From Octopus bimaculoides (lineage: Eukaryota): 64,000 nt of DNA. Every line of letters begins with the position of its first letter. The first letter of the stretch is position 1. This document shows, piece by piece, positions 1 to 13,283 of this stretch. A model generated the notes under the pieces. The model worked only from the letters and a program-made list of their open reading frames with translations, did no database searches and was not told where the DNA came from. Where the stretch lies: contig NC_068997.1 of assembly GCF_001194135.2 (NCBI RefSeq), forward strand, positions 55,393,411 through 55,457,410. Direction: 5' to 3'. The position numbers and the translations under genes were made by a program.

Positions 1-255
1 TGAGAAGAATTGCCAAGTCAAATGAAATCGTAGTTGTGGCTATTGTCGGTGTCATGTAAATGGTACCCATGCATCATAGTTGTGGTCATTGCTAGTGTCA
101 TGTAAATGACACCTGTGCATTGTAGTTGTAGTCGTTGATGGTACCATGTAAATCACACCTGTGCCATTGGCACATAAAAGCACCCATTGCACACGTGGAG
201 GGGTTGCAATTAGGAAGGGTATGCAGGAGTAGAAACCATGCCAAATCACACTGAG
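1..255 (+). repeat. Degenerate repeat fragment with three ~45-bp subrepeats (TGTCATGTAAAT core) running into an RTE-like SINE tail
   Basis: tgtcatgtaaat/ccatgtaaat recurs three times, followed by ggcacataaaagcaccca...taggaagggtatgcagg..tagaaacc, similar to the E-type tails elsewhere in the window. Confidence 0.5.
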
Positions 256-369
256 CTGTTGCATATATATACATATACATGCCTGTCTGAAAAAAAAGAT
301 TAACTATTCAAATCATTAAAAATAAATGCAAGTGACCTATTTTCCTTTTAGATTTCCTTAACTCTCAAT

Positions 370-812
370 GCTATGTTTCCATGTGGTTAAGAACCTTGCT
401 TTGCAATCATGTTGTTTTGGGTTCAGTCCCACTGCACAATACCTTGGGCAAGTGTCTCCTACTATAGTCCAGACCAACCAATGCTTTGTGAGTGAATTTA
501 GTATACAGAAACTGTGTGTGTGGAAGCCAACTATGTGTGTGCATGTGTGTGTTCACGTGTGTGCATGTGTGTGTTCACATGTGTGCATGAAAGTGTTCAT
601 CCTTCCTCATTCTATGACATGTTGGTTTGTTTACATCCTTGTAATTTACTAATTCAGTAAAAAAGACTGATAGAAGAAGTACCGGAATTGTTTTTAAAAA
701 TCTAGAAATCTCTCAAGTCCTGAGGTCGATCTGTTCGACTAAAACCCTTCATGGTGGTGCCCCAGCATGGCCACAGTCTAATGACTGGAACAAAACGAAA
801 GATAACAACAAC
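370..812 (+). mobile_element. tRNA-derived SINE, family A (near full length)
   Basis: Head gtggttaag...gggttcagtcccactg, then ttgggcaagtgtc-ctactatag, (TG)n middle and tail gtgccccagcatggccacagtctaatgactg; same layout as other copies. Confidence 0.8.
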
Positions 813-1182
813 AACAACAGCAAAAACCAATAATGATAAATTGCAGCTGAACATTATTTTGGCAGTAAAATTCTTCCTAGAATCTAGAGTAAACATGCAT
901 TCTCTAATTTATAAGTGCCAACCATTTTCAGAAAACTAGAATAATAAATTACCTTGAGACATTGTATTGATCCATTTAACTCTGATGGTGTTTTTCTTGC
1001 TTTAAGACACAAGAAATTATCTGCCATAGCTTCATATTTAGGAAGATAATGAAATTTATGCTAATAAGACATGACATATTCCCAATTATGCAACTTTAAT
1101 CATCTAAGTTCACTTATCCCTCTCAGTAGGCAATGTTTACATGGAAAGATCTACCTTTTATTATAAAAATACCTTTTACAAC

Positions 1183-1345
1183 ACAGGTGTGGCTGTGTGG
1201 TAAGGAGTTTTCTTCCCAACCTCATGGTTTTGGGTTCAGCCCCACCATGTGACACATTAGGTGAGTGGCCTCTACAACAGCTCTGGGCTGACCAAAGCCT
1301 TGTCAGTGGATTTGGTAGATGGAAACTAAAAGAAGCTCACCATGC
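1183..1345 (+). mobile_element. SINE family A, 5' half
   Basis: ggtgtggctgtgtggtaag...gggttcagcccc...gaccaaagccttgtcagtggatttggtagatggaaactaaaagaagc. Confidence 0.8.
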
Positions 1346-1716
1346 ATATATGTATGTCTCTTCTATTTCTTAATTATTAGAAACCTTCCACTGAGGAGAG
1401 AGCTAGTTTCCAACAAAGATACAAGGCTCCATCTTTTGGATGTAGTTAACTCAGACAAATTCACATTTGGAACTTGAAAAAAGTCTTGCATATTTTTACT
1501 GTTCCACTCACAGATTGTACTTGTAATATATGAATCAGCCGATTCATACATTACAAGTCCTGGCCTTGAGTAAATATCACTTTGCTTGGAGGCAGTTGAG
1601 GGTTGGTGAAATGAACGACATTCTGAGCAGAGAAAAAAATCTGCCTCAAATGAACTCCATCTGATCCCTGCCAGAAGGGGAAACGTAGACATTAAATCAC
1701 AATGATGATGGTGAGC

Positions 1717-1766
<50 letters not shown>

Positions 1767-1867
1767 TATACACATATATATATACACACACACATATATT
1801 CACACACACATACACACACTCACATACAATCACACATGCATGCATGCACATATATGTAGTACATGCC

Positions 1868-2018
1868 TCTTTCAGTTTCTATCAACCAAATCCAATCACA
1901 AAATTTAAGTCTGGTTGAGGTTATGATAGAAAACACTTGCTTGAGGTTCTTCGCAGTGAGATCAAACCTGAAACTGCTTGGTTGCAAAGCAAATTTCTTA
2001 CCACACAGCCATATGCCA
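1868..2018 (-). mobile_element. SINE family A, 5' half
   Basis: Reverse complement of head: ctttcagtttctatcaaccaaatcc...ttcttaccacacagcc. Confidence 0.75.
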
Positions 2019-2788
2019 TTGGGCACTCACAGTTATTTCTTTGCTCATTTTTGCTTATCTATGTATGTATATGTGTGTGGGTGTGTGTGTATATATGTAT
2101 GTATGAGAGAGAGAGGAGAAAGAGAGAGATTGGGAGTGCATAATATGTCAAGTACCTTAAATACGAATCATTAGATGACAAGTGTCTCTTATTGATTTCA
2201 AATAAATACCGAATCTCAAATATTCTTGACACTTAGAATTTGGAGCATCAAAACTAAAAATTACATTCTATGGTAAGTAGAAGGTCTTTCTATGTTTCTA
2301 TGCTTATACTTATGATTAATTAATTTTACATGATAATCTGAAGTATTTAAATTAATCTAAGAACGATATTTGTGCTTATCAAGAAAATTAAAGAATGAAC
2401 GAGCTGAACTTACAATTCTAAAAATGTTATGAACCAATCCAATTGAAATGACTGAAATAATTATATATGCATGTGTGTGTGTGTGTACATACATACATAC
2501 ATATACATGCATATATATATAAAATATAAGGATAAAATCTATATAAGATTTTATCAAGTAGCCAGTGTGTAAAACCAATTAAGGAAAAAAATTAATACAA
2601 AGTGTATAATTTTTTCCTTAAATATATAATACATTATTATACCAAGGGTTATTACTATAAGTAGAGCCACACACTGTGAAGGGACTCTGAAGTCAAACTA
2701 CTTCAATGCATATACACACAGGCACCAAAATCGTGGCAAATGAACATAGGAGAAATTCCTTTAAAAAAGGTTTAGTTGTATTATCATA

Positions 2789-3015
2789 TCTATAAAAGTG
2801 GAGATGTGTGTGTGTACGTAAATGTAGTTTATGCACGTCCACAAATTAGCACGCATGTCGCTCCAATTTTAGGAGGAGATTCGTCATGACCCTGCATTTT
2901 CGTTAAATTTTTCTCTCAGAGGCACCCACGTATAGCTGTAAAAATATCGATAAACTTTTACCAATTTTGAACTTTGTTGCCATGGCGAAGTCAAATCGGT
3001 GCCGGACGCACGTGA

Positions 3016-3064
<49 letters not shown>

Positions 3065-3232
3065 CGTCTGAGGACAAAAAATTTCTCTGACCAAGACAGA
3101 GTTTGCCAAGCGTCTAAGAAAAAAAACAAATTGAAAATGGAAGGGGGAGGCAGAAAGTGTATTAGGAATGGAAAGGTTTTGAAGTTTGTTGCCATGGCGA
3201 AAAGTCAAATCTGTACCGTACGCACGTGAAGG

Positions 3233-3267
<35 letters not shown>

Positions 3268-4752
3268 GTGTGTTTGTGACAAGGGGAGAAAGGAACGGAA
3301 AAGTGGAAGAGGGAGGCAGAAAGTGTATTAGGAACGAAAATGTAGGTGAGGGAGACAGAGTAAATGTAAAATGCCATTTTTTTCCTCTTAAACATGAGAT
3401 ATAGCTTGAAATATAAGAGGTTTTTGAACGACACTATATTCGATAATGAGATTATATATACTTCTTCACACAACAATTAAAATATATCCGTATATATATA
3501 AGAGAAGATATGTGTGTACGTGAATGTACTTTATGCACGTCCACAAATTAGCACCCATGTCGCTCCAATTTTAGAAGGAGATTCGTTATGACCCTGCATT
3601 TTCGTCAAATATTTCTGTCAGAGGCACTCGCGTATAGCTGTAAACTTTTACCAATTTTGAAGTTTGTTGCCATGGTGAAAAGTCAAATCTGTGCTTAGGC
3701 ACGTGAAGGAGAGAGAAAGAAAGAAAGAAATGGTGTGTTTGTGACAAGGGGAGACACAGAGTGTGTTTGCCAAGCGTCTAAGGTAAAAAAAAAAAATGGA
3801 AAAGTGGAAGAGGGAGACAAAGCGTCTGAGGAAAATGTCTTCACCACACACACTTTGAAATTTGGTTGCCATGGCGAAGTCAAATCGGTGCCGGACGCAC
3901 GTGAAGGAGAGAGAAAGAAAGAAAGAAATGGTGTGTTTGTGACAAGNNNNNNNNNNNNNNNNNNNNNNNNNNNNNNNNNNNNNNNNNNNNNNNNNNNNNN
4001 NNNNNNNNNNNNNNNNNNNNNNNNNNNNNNNNNNNNNNNNNNNNNNNNNNNNNNNNNNNNNNNNNNNNNNNNNNNNNNNNNNNNNNNNNNNNNNNNNNNN
4101 NNNNNNNNNNNNNNNNNNNNNNNNNNNNNNNNNNNNNNNNNNNNNNNNNNNNNNNNNNNNNNNNNNNNNNNNNNNNNNNNNNNNNNNNNNNNNNNNNNNN
4201 NNNNNNNNNNNNNNNNNNNNNNNNNNNNNNNNNNNNNNNNNNNNNNNNNNNNNNNNNNNNNNNNNNNNNNNNNNNNNNNNNNNNNNNNNNNNNNNNNNNN
4301 NNNNNNNNNNNNNNNNNNNNNNNNNNNNNNNNNNNNNNNNNNNNNNNNNNNNNNNNNNNNNNNNNNNNNNNNNNNNNNNNNNNNNNNNNNNNNNNNNNNN
4401 NNNNNNNNNNNNCTAGAAGGGACAGGCCCCTTATTTTTTGGTTAAGGCTGTTGGTAAGTTTTCCTAAGTTACTCCAATCCAGATCTCCAATGCAAACCTT
4501 CAGATCAACCTTCTCCTATGCAGATCTCTAATGCAACTTTAAAAGAAACAGTCAATGAGTAGAAATAACCAATAAACTGATTCCTTATGGGATTTCCCAA
4601 TCAAATTGCCAGCAAACCATTTTCAGCCAAACCAATTTCAACGGATTTCGCTCAAATCTGATGTCCATGTTACTTATTTTGGTTTGAAATAAAGCACTTG
4701 ATCACTTAATAATCCTAGCTTAATCCCGAGCAGTGCCGGGCTATACTGCTAG
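2789..4752 (+). mobile_element. Non-autonomous Helitron (spans N-gap), with internal repeats
   Basis: 5' A|TCTATAAAAG at 2788/2789; 3' hairpin CCCG-A-GCA-G-TGC-CGGG (4725-4740), then CTAG (4749-4752)|T. No TSD; inserted between A and T. Linkage of the two ends across the gap is assumed. Confidence 0.7.
3947..4412. other. Assembly gap
   Basis: Run of N. Confidence 1.
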
Positions 4753-4803
4753 TATATATATACGTATGTGTGTGTGTGTGTGTGTATGTGTGTGTGTATA
4801 TAT

Positions 4804-5030
4804 TTCTTTATTGCCCACAGGAAGCTAAACACAGAGGGGGAAAACAAGGACAGACAAAGGGATTAAGTCGATTATATCGACCCAGTGCGTAACTGGTACT
4901 TATTTAATTGACCCTGAAAGGATGAAAGGCAAAGTTGACCTCAACAGAATGTGAACTCAGAACATAACAGCAGACAAAATACCGCAAAGCATTTCGCCCA
5001 GCATGCTAACAATTCTGGCAGCTCGACGCC
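4804..5030 (-). mobile_element. tRNA-derived SINE, family B
   Basis: gacccagtgcgtaactggtacttatttaattgaccctgaaaggatgaaaggcaaagttgacc...tgaactcag...ctggcagctcgacgcc; shared with the copies at 26163, 26318 and 58415. Confidence 0.85.
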
Positions 5031-5038
5031 ATATATAT

Positions 5039-5172
5039 AGGTGCAGGAGTGGCTGTGTGGTAAATAGCTTGCTTACCAACCACATGGTCCCGGGTTCAGT
5101 CCCACTGTGTGAGACTGAACCTGGAACCAAGTAGCTGGGAAGCAATCTTCTTACCACACAGCCACACCTGTG
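5039..5172. mobile_element. Two family A SINE heads fused in inverted orientation (fold-back)
   Basis: aggtgcaggagtggctgtgtggtaa...gggttcagtcccac followed directly by gagactgaacctggaacc...cttaccacacagccacacctg. Confidence 0.8.
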
Positions 5173-6107
5173 TCTGTATATTTATATATATATATAATTT
5201 TTCAAATTATATATAGAAATGTTAACATCGGATTAAATACATGGATATAAACATCGGCGGAAAATCTCTTTCTTAAATGTAAAAATTTTAAACTTTGGAT
5301 ATATGTGTTTGTTTCAAACACTCGTAAAATATAGTCCAGTATTCTCTCATTTCTAACTCTTCACCATCTTGAGATAACAAGGGAATCTCTAAGAACTCAC
5401 TTAGCCTGCTAGAAATAGCAGCCAAATCTTCCTCACATCAAATCTTACAATCTAAAATAAGAACACATGAAATAGTGAAGTACTACACACAACTCAAACC
5501 ACACAGAATGTCATTGATTACAGGCCTGCTTAATCAGATTTACTGGGGGGTAAACAACAATTTTTTTAATGTGAATGAAATATAAAATATATCACGTTCC
5601 TTGCCAAGGAAATATCAAAATAAACTATGAAAGCTACTACCACTGACTGTGGTGTTGGTTATTAAAATTTATAAATGAAGAAAACCATTTGCATAGCCAA
5701 GAAATGTAATTTAAACTTAAGTGTCCAAAATAAAAATACAATTATTCAAATAAAATGACAAAAACATTATTTGGCAAAATTTATGCTGCAAATTCCATGT
5801 TAGACACAAAAAAGTAAAGTTACATGAATTTTTATTTGGTATTCAGTATTTAAAAAATGTAACTATTAAAAATACTTGTAAAACACTTATTAATTAGTCA
5901 TTAGCTTGACTGGTAATGATACTTTATTCAAATTAGTTTTCTTTTACATAATCAGAGCTGCACCATGAGGAAATACTAAACTTATCTCATGATTTATTTC
6001 AGATATTCACATTTAATTGTAATTCAGAAAACAGGTGAAAAATTGAGTATTTTACCCAAATTATTTCTGCTAAAATTCAAAATGTTTTTTTATTTTAAAT
6101 CCTGTCA

Positions 6108-6138
<31 letters not shown>

Positions 6139-6180
6139 CTCTTAGTATTGAAATAGCATGTTAGCTGTAAATGAGTGTCA

Positions 6181-6392
6181 GTCATACAAACAGTGTCGTT
6201 TGTTTCTTGTCTTCTGTAAAAACAGATGTGAGTTTAGGGAACCTATTACCATGCGCAGAAGCATGTTAGAACTGGCAACAGGAAGAGCATCCAGCTGTTG
6301 AAAATCTACCTCAATAGATTCTGTCAGATCCATGCAAGCAGAGAAAAATGGATTTTTCAAATAGTGGTATTGTTCAGCACCAGAGACAGACT
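6181..6392 (+). repeat. E-type (RTE-like) repeat tail; left arm of a local inverted duplication
   Basis: gaagagcatccagctg...tctgtcagatccatgcaagca; reverse complement found at 7117-7325. Confidence 0.75.
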
Positions 6393-7061
6393 TTAGACTG
6401 GCAAGATGCTTTAAACACAGATTTTGCCTCGGCCTTCTGTAAAGAAAGTATTTCAGACATCATCAGTTGTGTGTGTGTGTGTGTATGTGTGTGCGCACGC
6501 ATGAGTGTATGTCAGAGAGAGAGGGAGAGAGAGAGTGAAAGAGAGAGAAAGAGAGAGAGAGAGAGAGAAAGTGAAAGAGAGTGAGAGAGAGGTGGGAGTG
6601 AAAGACAGAAAGGTTGTTTGTCATTTATAGTGAGATGTTAAAAGTATTGGATAAACATTGTTAAAAGCAAAGGAGTGTTTAGAAAAGCCTTTTAAATGAA
6701 ACAATCTATCAGAGCACAATGACTGCATTAATGTCAGCTCAAACAGATTATTGAATATAATTGCCCATTATTTGAAGAATGAGGTCACTTGCAGGTATGT
6801 ATTGCAATATGCTACTCAAGCAAAAGTGTGCTGCACCAAAAATTGGTTCCCAGGAATTGTTGCCGATAAGAGATTCTTTTTAACACATTGTTTAAGTATA
6901 TTATACAGCCTAATGTATCTGATAGGCGACTTCTTCATACCTGAACAACTAAACTCACAGAGCTGACACTTTCTTCCAATTCAGTAACATTAAGTAAATG
7001 ATAAACAAATTTTCCCTTTGGCAATGGTTCTAGTTAATCAAGACTTCTCTTGGCAGATCTG

Positions 7062-7510
7062 ACATGGCTGTGTGGTAAGGAGCTTACTTCTCAACCACAT
7101 GGTTCCAGGATCGGTCTCTGTCTCTGGTGCTGAACAATACCACTGCTTGAAAATCCATTTTTCCATGCTTGCATGGATCTGACAGAATCTGTTGAGGTAG
7201 ACTTTTTACAGCTGGATGCTCTTCCTGTTGCCAGTTCTAACATGCTTCTGTACATGGTAATAGGTTCCCTGAATCAAGATATATTTTTACAGAAGACAAG
7301 AAAGAACAACACTACTTGTATGACAATCCTTTGAGCAAGTGTTTTTTACTATAGTCTCAGTCAACCAAAGCCTTCTCAGTGGACTTGATGGATAGAAACT
7401 GTAAGAAGCCCATCTGATAAAATGCTGGGACTGCTTCGTTCAACTAAAATATTTTCTAAAGTGGTGCCCCACATGGCTGCAGTCAAATGACTGAAACAAG
7501 TAAAAGAATA
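7062..7510 (+). mobile_element. SINE family A interrupted by an inverted copy of 6181-6392
   Basis: Head 7062-7115; insert 7117-7325; SINE resumes with ccttgagcaagtg...ctgcagtcaaatgactgaaacaagtaaaag. Confidence 0.75.
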
Positions 7511-9664
7511 AAAGACAAGAGCAGTAATCCTTACTGGTTTAGGTTGAGGGGTTTGGTTTCTGAAAATCGTTGCATAGAATAAAATTTTCTGTAATGACAT
7601 TATTTTTGATTTCCTTGTGGAAAAAGAAACATCTGAAAATTTCTGGGAATATATTTTTAAATGGGTTCAAATTTTAGGGTATATACAATATTCAAAACTA
7701 GACACGGATACGAGAGAGGGGTAGTTACGAATTTCAAGAAATGTGGAAGTTAAATCTTTTAGATTTTATTTAAACAAAAAATACTCTAATCATTTTTCAA
7801 AGCTGAGCTATTTCTTTCTAAATAGTTTGAAATACTTAAAAAGCAAAACAATATAACAACTACAATACATGCAGCTTAATTTTAAAATAATCTGGTTACT
7901 ATCATTTTGTTTGAATCATTTTAAATATTATAAACTAATTGTAATTAATAAATATTAATTAACTAGTTCATTTAGGAATGAAATTCAATGTTATTGGGGA
8001 TGTAAACAAATATTTTTCTATTCATCTTTGATCATTTTATTGTTTGACAAAGAAGAAAAAAAAAACAAATTTTAATAAATGTAATTTTTCTACTAAAATG
8101 CAAATACAATAAAAAAAAATTTAATTTCTCCAAGAAAGAAGAAATGAAGTAAATTGTTGAGTTTGCTGTATTGGATTTATTGTGGTTATCTTTGGAGGTG
8201 AGATAAAAGAAGAGCAGCTTAGCAATTTGTGAATTGATTGAGAACACTAGAGAAAGAATAAATATTAATCTGGGGGCATTATTTAGTGATTTTCTTTCTG
8301 TTTCCTTATTGAAATCAGATATATATCAACATAGAATATTGCCTGCAATTGCTAAAAAGGAAATGGAATTCAATAATAATAGAAAAAAAGTATCATAAAT
8401 TAGAGAAGGAAGAATAAGACAAAAAACAGATGATTGAAATAAAATTATTATATTAGGATTTTTGACTTCTGGCTTTTTGTTAATGAACCACGGAGATTAC
8501 GGAGCAACGCTGATTTTATCATGGTGAATAATCGAAAAAAGTTTGTTCAGAGTGAAAGATGTTGTGGTTTTTTTTTTTTTTACTTCCAATTATAAAGTAA
8601 AGAAAAATAGAATAGCTTGCAGATTAATGCAAAGAAAATGTTTAAATTTCTGATTTTATAGTCTGTTGCATTTATAAATATCAAAGAAGCAAGAAATTAG
8701 AAAGTCAGAGATTTTAAATCTATATTTAACTAAAGTGAAGAATCCAAAGGTGAAAAAGAAGTGAAATTTGGAAAATAATTTTTAACTTAAAAGATATTTG
8801 CAACCAATTTTTCCCAAAATAAATCATGATTAATGTTCTAAGGCATATTCTTATGCAATTTACATGATATTTATGGCATGTTTAGAAAATTATCATTGAT
8901 TTTTTTCACTTTAGTTTATGAAACATGGCTAAAAACTTTAAACATGTATTTCCAGTAATATGCATGCATTCACATATGAATGTGTGTGTATGTGCGTGTG
9001 TGATTGAATAGGCATTAAACTTATGTGTGTCATTTTTTTATATTTCATTTCTTTAAGTTGTAGTTTATGAAACTCACAAATTATTTTCTATTTATTTCAT
9101 CAATGTTATTATAAAATATTTGTTGTAAACAACCAAACAGTTTCACAAGGAATTATTTGTGAAGTGCATAATTCAACACACAAAGGTCGTATGAACTTAT
9201 GATTCACATGTCCAGTCATATAAACACATGTAGATAAGCTTACATTATTTGTTTGTTTAATATGATGTAATTAGTAGAAGCTAAAATAGCAAAAAATAGC
9301 TTTTAAACCTCTTCTTCATGTAGTTCTGCTTGTCCTGATCTGATTATCTATGTAACAACAAATATTATTATAGTTTGGCATTATCTTTGTTAAGGAATTT
9401 TATGTAAGAACAATTGTTTGCTGACTGATATGAAACGGTTTGATATTATTGAGTTAGATTTAGGGCATGAAAAATAAATTGGGACTACATAGTAATGGGG
9501 TACCCCGAAGTTTACAACATTTAAAGGACATACAAGCAGAAGAAATACAGTGGCTACTGCCACTGCATCGCAATGAGTGTCATGTTTGATATCAGTCAGT
9601 ACCAAGTGATATCAGAAAGTTCTCAGAGAGGCAATAAACAATAAATATACTAGTTCATCAGTAA

Positions 9665-10022
9665 ATAAAAGAGGGTAAAGGACAAGGACCCTCCGTCGGT
9701 CATGAATGACTGTGGGATTACACCTAGAAAGTTACCCTCTGAGGCACAAGTCCAGCGAAGGTTGTTTATGGAAGACCAGCAGTCACCCATGCATACCAGC
9801 CTTCCCTCTCCACGCCACCAGTGTAATCTAACAGAAAGGCAAAGGGCTGATACAGCTCGGCACCAGTGACGTAGCAACTCGTATCTACAGGCTGAGTGAA
9901 CTGAAGCAAAATGAGATAAAGTGTCTTGTTCAAGAACACAATAAACAGCCCGGTCCATGGAATTGAACTCACTACCTCATTATTGTGAGCTCAATGCTCT
10001 AACCACTGAGCTATGTGCCTTC
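9665..10022 (-). mobile_element. tRNA-derived SINE, family C (CORE-like CTTGAGCAAGACAC motif on its sense strand)
   Basis: tgagtgaactgaagc...aaagtgtcttgttcaagaacac...ggaattgaactc...ctaaccactgagctatgtgcc. Confidence 0.85.
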
Positions 10023-10377
10023 ATTAATAAATTAGGCATCTAAAATATTTTTATTTAGGCACTGCTCCTACCAAAATTGTTCCTTAAGGATATACATAGT
10101 GATCCGACTGCAATATTCCACATCTCAAAAGCACACCAGAGGTTTTCATCAGGAATGTCATCCAAAACAATTTGCAATTCCATTTGAATGTCATCGATCA
10201 GTTTCAAGAGGTGTTCCTTCATTTCTAAGTCCATTTTGCAAACAACAGCAAGGGCAGGAAAGATGGAGTGAGTATGAAGATTTCGAGGAATTATTACCAT
10301 TTTTATTGTCTTGACAGAGATTTCTACAAATGCATTGTCAGGATACAACAGCCAGTCACAGTTATGTCATAGTTCCA

Positions 10378-10650
10378 GTCAGGTTAGAGAGGCAAGGTTG
10401 TTTATGGAAGACCAGTAGTCGCCCATGCATACCAGCCTCCCCTCTCCATGCCCACGATGTTATCCAAAGGAAAGGCAAAGGCTGATACAACTTGGCACCA
10501 GTGGTGTCTCATCTCATTTCTACAACTGAAGCAACATGAAATAAAGTGTCTTGCTTAAGGACACAACACACGGCCCAGTTCAGGAATTGAACTTACTATC
10601 TCCTGATCATGAGTCTGACACTCTAACCACTGAGCCATGTGCCTTCACCA
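10378..10650 (-). mobile_element. SINE family C
   Basis: Same body as 9665-10022: gttgtttatggaagaccag...cccatgcataccagcc...ctctaaccactgagccatgtgcc. Confidence 0.85.
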
Positions 10651-11671
10651 GTAGATATGAACACAAGAATATTATCTGTGTTTGGCAGTCAAATTTAATG
10701 TAATTTATCTGAGGTATTAAAGGTTTGCTCTCAACAAAGATAGATCAGGTATTGAATGTTGAAAATGGTTTGTAATTTAGTGTGTGTATTCACTGCTAAC
10801 ATTTAGAAAAATAAACAACATGAAGGGAACTAAGGAAATATGAATAAATTATAACTGAACACTCATATGACAATCTTCTTTCAGTTCTCATGTGACAAAT
10901 CTACTCATAAGGCTTTCGTTTGTGTGTGTGTATGTGTGTGTGCATGTGTGTATGTGAGGGGTAGTTGTAGTAGAAAACACTTGCCCACAACAATACTGTT
11001 TGCCACATTTTTATAGATGTAGATAGACACAGAGACACTCCTATGTTATTCCAGTTTATTACATTACCTACCCAGATTTCAATATTGAATGAAAAAAAAC
11101 AAGTTATTTTGATTTCATTTTTGTTTTGCTGTCACGAAATTTACATAATGCTCAAAGAATGCAAAGATTAACTGAAAATCTAAAATTTTAATATTACCAT
11201 AATTCTTATTGATTTTTAGCATTTCTTTTTTCCATAAAATTAATATTTCATGGATACAAGTGAATAAAAATTAAACTTGATTTGGAAAATATTTTTTAAA
11301 AGACTAAATTAATTCATCAGACTCTAATTACATCTTGTCCATATTCAGGGCTTTGGACTCCAATAATTATGTCAAAATAGTTACAAAATTTACACCTTTC
11401 TATATTTTTTCTTATTTAAATCAGTTTTATAATTATTTTAATCTATTTATCTACTTTTGTTATATAATTCTTCATATTGCCTTTATAAAATGTTATCTCC
11501 CATTCTTGTTAGATTTTGTTTTGTGTTGGGCTTTCTGCAGAACTGCCATTTTCCTTTGCTTGTCTCTTTTCTTCTCATGTTATAGTGAATATGCATTTCA
11601 TCACTATGGTAACAGAAGTGAGTGATATTCAGACAAATACCTGTGTTTATACATACATACATACATACATC

Positions 11672-11965
11672 GGAGATGCCCTTTGGTCACAAATGACCAT
11701 GAGATTGCACCTAGAAAGTTGCCCTCTGAGGCACAAGTTCGGGCAGAGTTGTTTGTGGAAGGCCGGCAGTCGCCCATGCATACCAGCCTCGCCTCTCCAC
11801 ACCACTGATGTTATCCAAGGGAAAGGCAAAGGCCGATTCAGCTTGGCACCAGTGATGTTGCAACTCATTTCTACAGATGAGTGAACTGGAGCAATGTGAA
11901 ATAAAATGTCTGGCTGAAGAACACAACATGCAGCCCGGTCCGGAATTCAAACTCACAACATCATG
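11672..11965 (-). mobile_element. SINE family C
   Basis: cacctagaaagttgccctctgaggcacaag...gtgaactggagcaatgtgaaataaa...ggaattcaaactc. Confidence 0.85.
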
Positions 11966-12892
11966 GTTGTAAGAGAGAGAGAGAGAGAGATACATATGTT
12001 TAAGATAAGGTAAGGTAAACTAAGTACTTACCGTTGAGGTGACTATGCTAAGACTGGAGTAAAATTTATTGTAAAGATCTGCAAGACTGGTTCTTCAAGT
12101 TACGTCCACCATCCAGCAGGAAAGGTGTAACTTGAAGTCCAGTTACCTTTAATTTTACTCTCTCTCTCTCATATATATAATGTATATGTATATAGTTGTT
12201 TAAAAGCTAAAAGAGAAAAGTTATTCTCCTGAGACATACACAACAGTGCTCAGCATATTTTGCACCTGTGCCTGACTAGACATGTTAAGAATATGTATTC
12301 TAATATTCATTCCTGATTTTGCTGTAAATGATGCAAATGACTGTCATTGTAGTGTGTCACAAAACGACCATCTTTAGTTCAATAGTCTTTGAGAAGGTGA
12401 ATAGTAAGCAAAACATTGATATGGCCTCTGAGGCAACTTGTGCCAGGTGTTTTCCTATTCCTGTGCTGTAGCTGATGTCTCTTGTTTCCATTTGTGTTTC
12501 AGTTACCACAAAGTCAGAACGCTGGCTGCCTGCTCTGTCATTGTGCGCTCTTTAGGGATTAAGAATATCATTTATATGAATTAAGATTGTTTTGTATGAG
12601 CTCATGTGAGTATGTGTATCAGAAAGACAGAGAGAGAGAGAGGGGGAGAGAAAGAGAAAGAGAGAGAGACAGACAATGTGTGTGTGTGTGTGTCTGTAGA
12701 TGCCTAATGAAACAGGATATGAACATTAGAATGCATTTGGTTTGCAAAGCAAATGTGGAAAAGATAAATGAATTAGGACTCTGAGCCCTCACACAAACCC
12801 CTAAGTTAGACTTCAAATGGGTTTGTAGATACATGGAGATTTTCTAAGCTGACATGAATTATTATCTCAGAAAACATTTCCTCCAATTATCT

Positions 12893-13283
12893 TTTATCTG
12901 TTGTTTGTTTTAGTCATTAGACTATGGCCATGCTGGGGCACCACCTTGAAGACTTTTAGTTGAATGGATTGACCCTAGCAATTATTTTTTTAAAGGCCTA
13001 GCACTTATTCGATTGGTTTCTTTTGCCAAACTGCAAAGTTATGGGGATGTAAACACACCAATACCTGTTGCCAAGTGGTGGTGGGAGACAAACACAGACA
13101 TAAAGACACACACACATATTTACATACAAAGGGCTTCTTTCAGTTTCCATCTATGAAATCCACTTACAAAGCTTTAGTTGGCCCAATGTTATAGAAGAAG
13201 ACACTTGCCCAAGCTGTCACACAGTGAGATTGAACACAGAACCATGTGGTTGGGAAACGAACTTCTTACCACACAGCCATGTC
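12893..13283 (-). mobile_element. SINE family A, full length
   Basis: Tail agtcattagactatggccatgctgggg through head cttcttaccacacagcc. Confidence 0.85.

Noticed and set aside
3735-4445. 236-aa ORF
   Set aside because: Mostly N-gap and (GAAA)n inside the Helitron.
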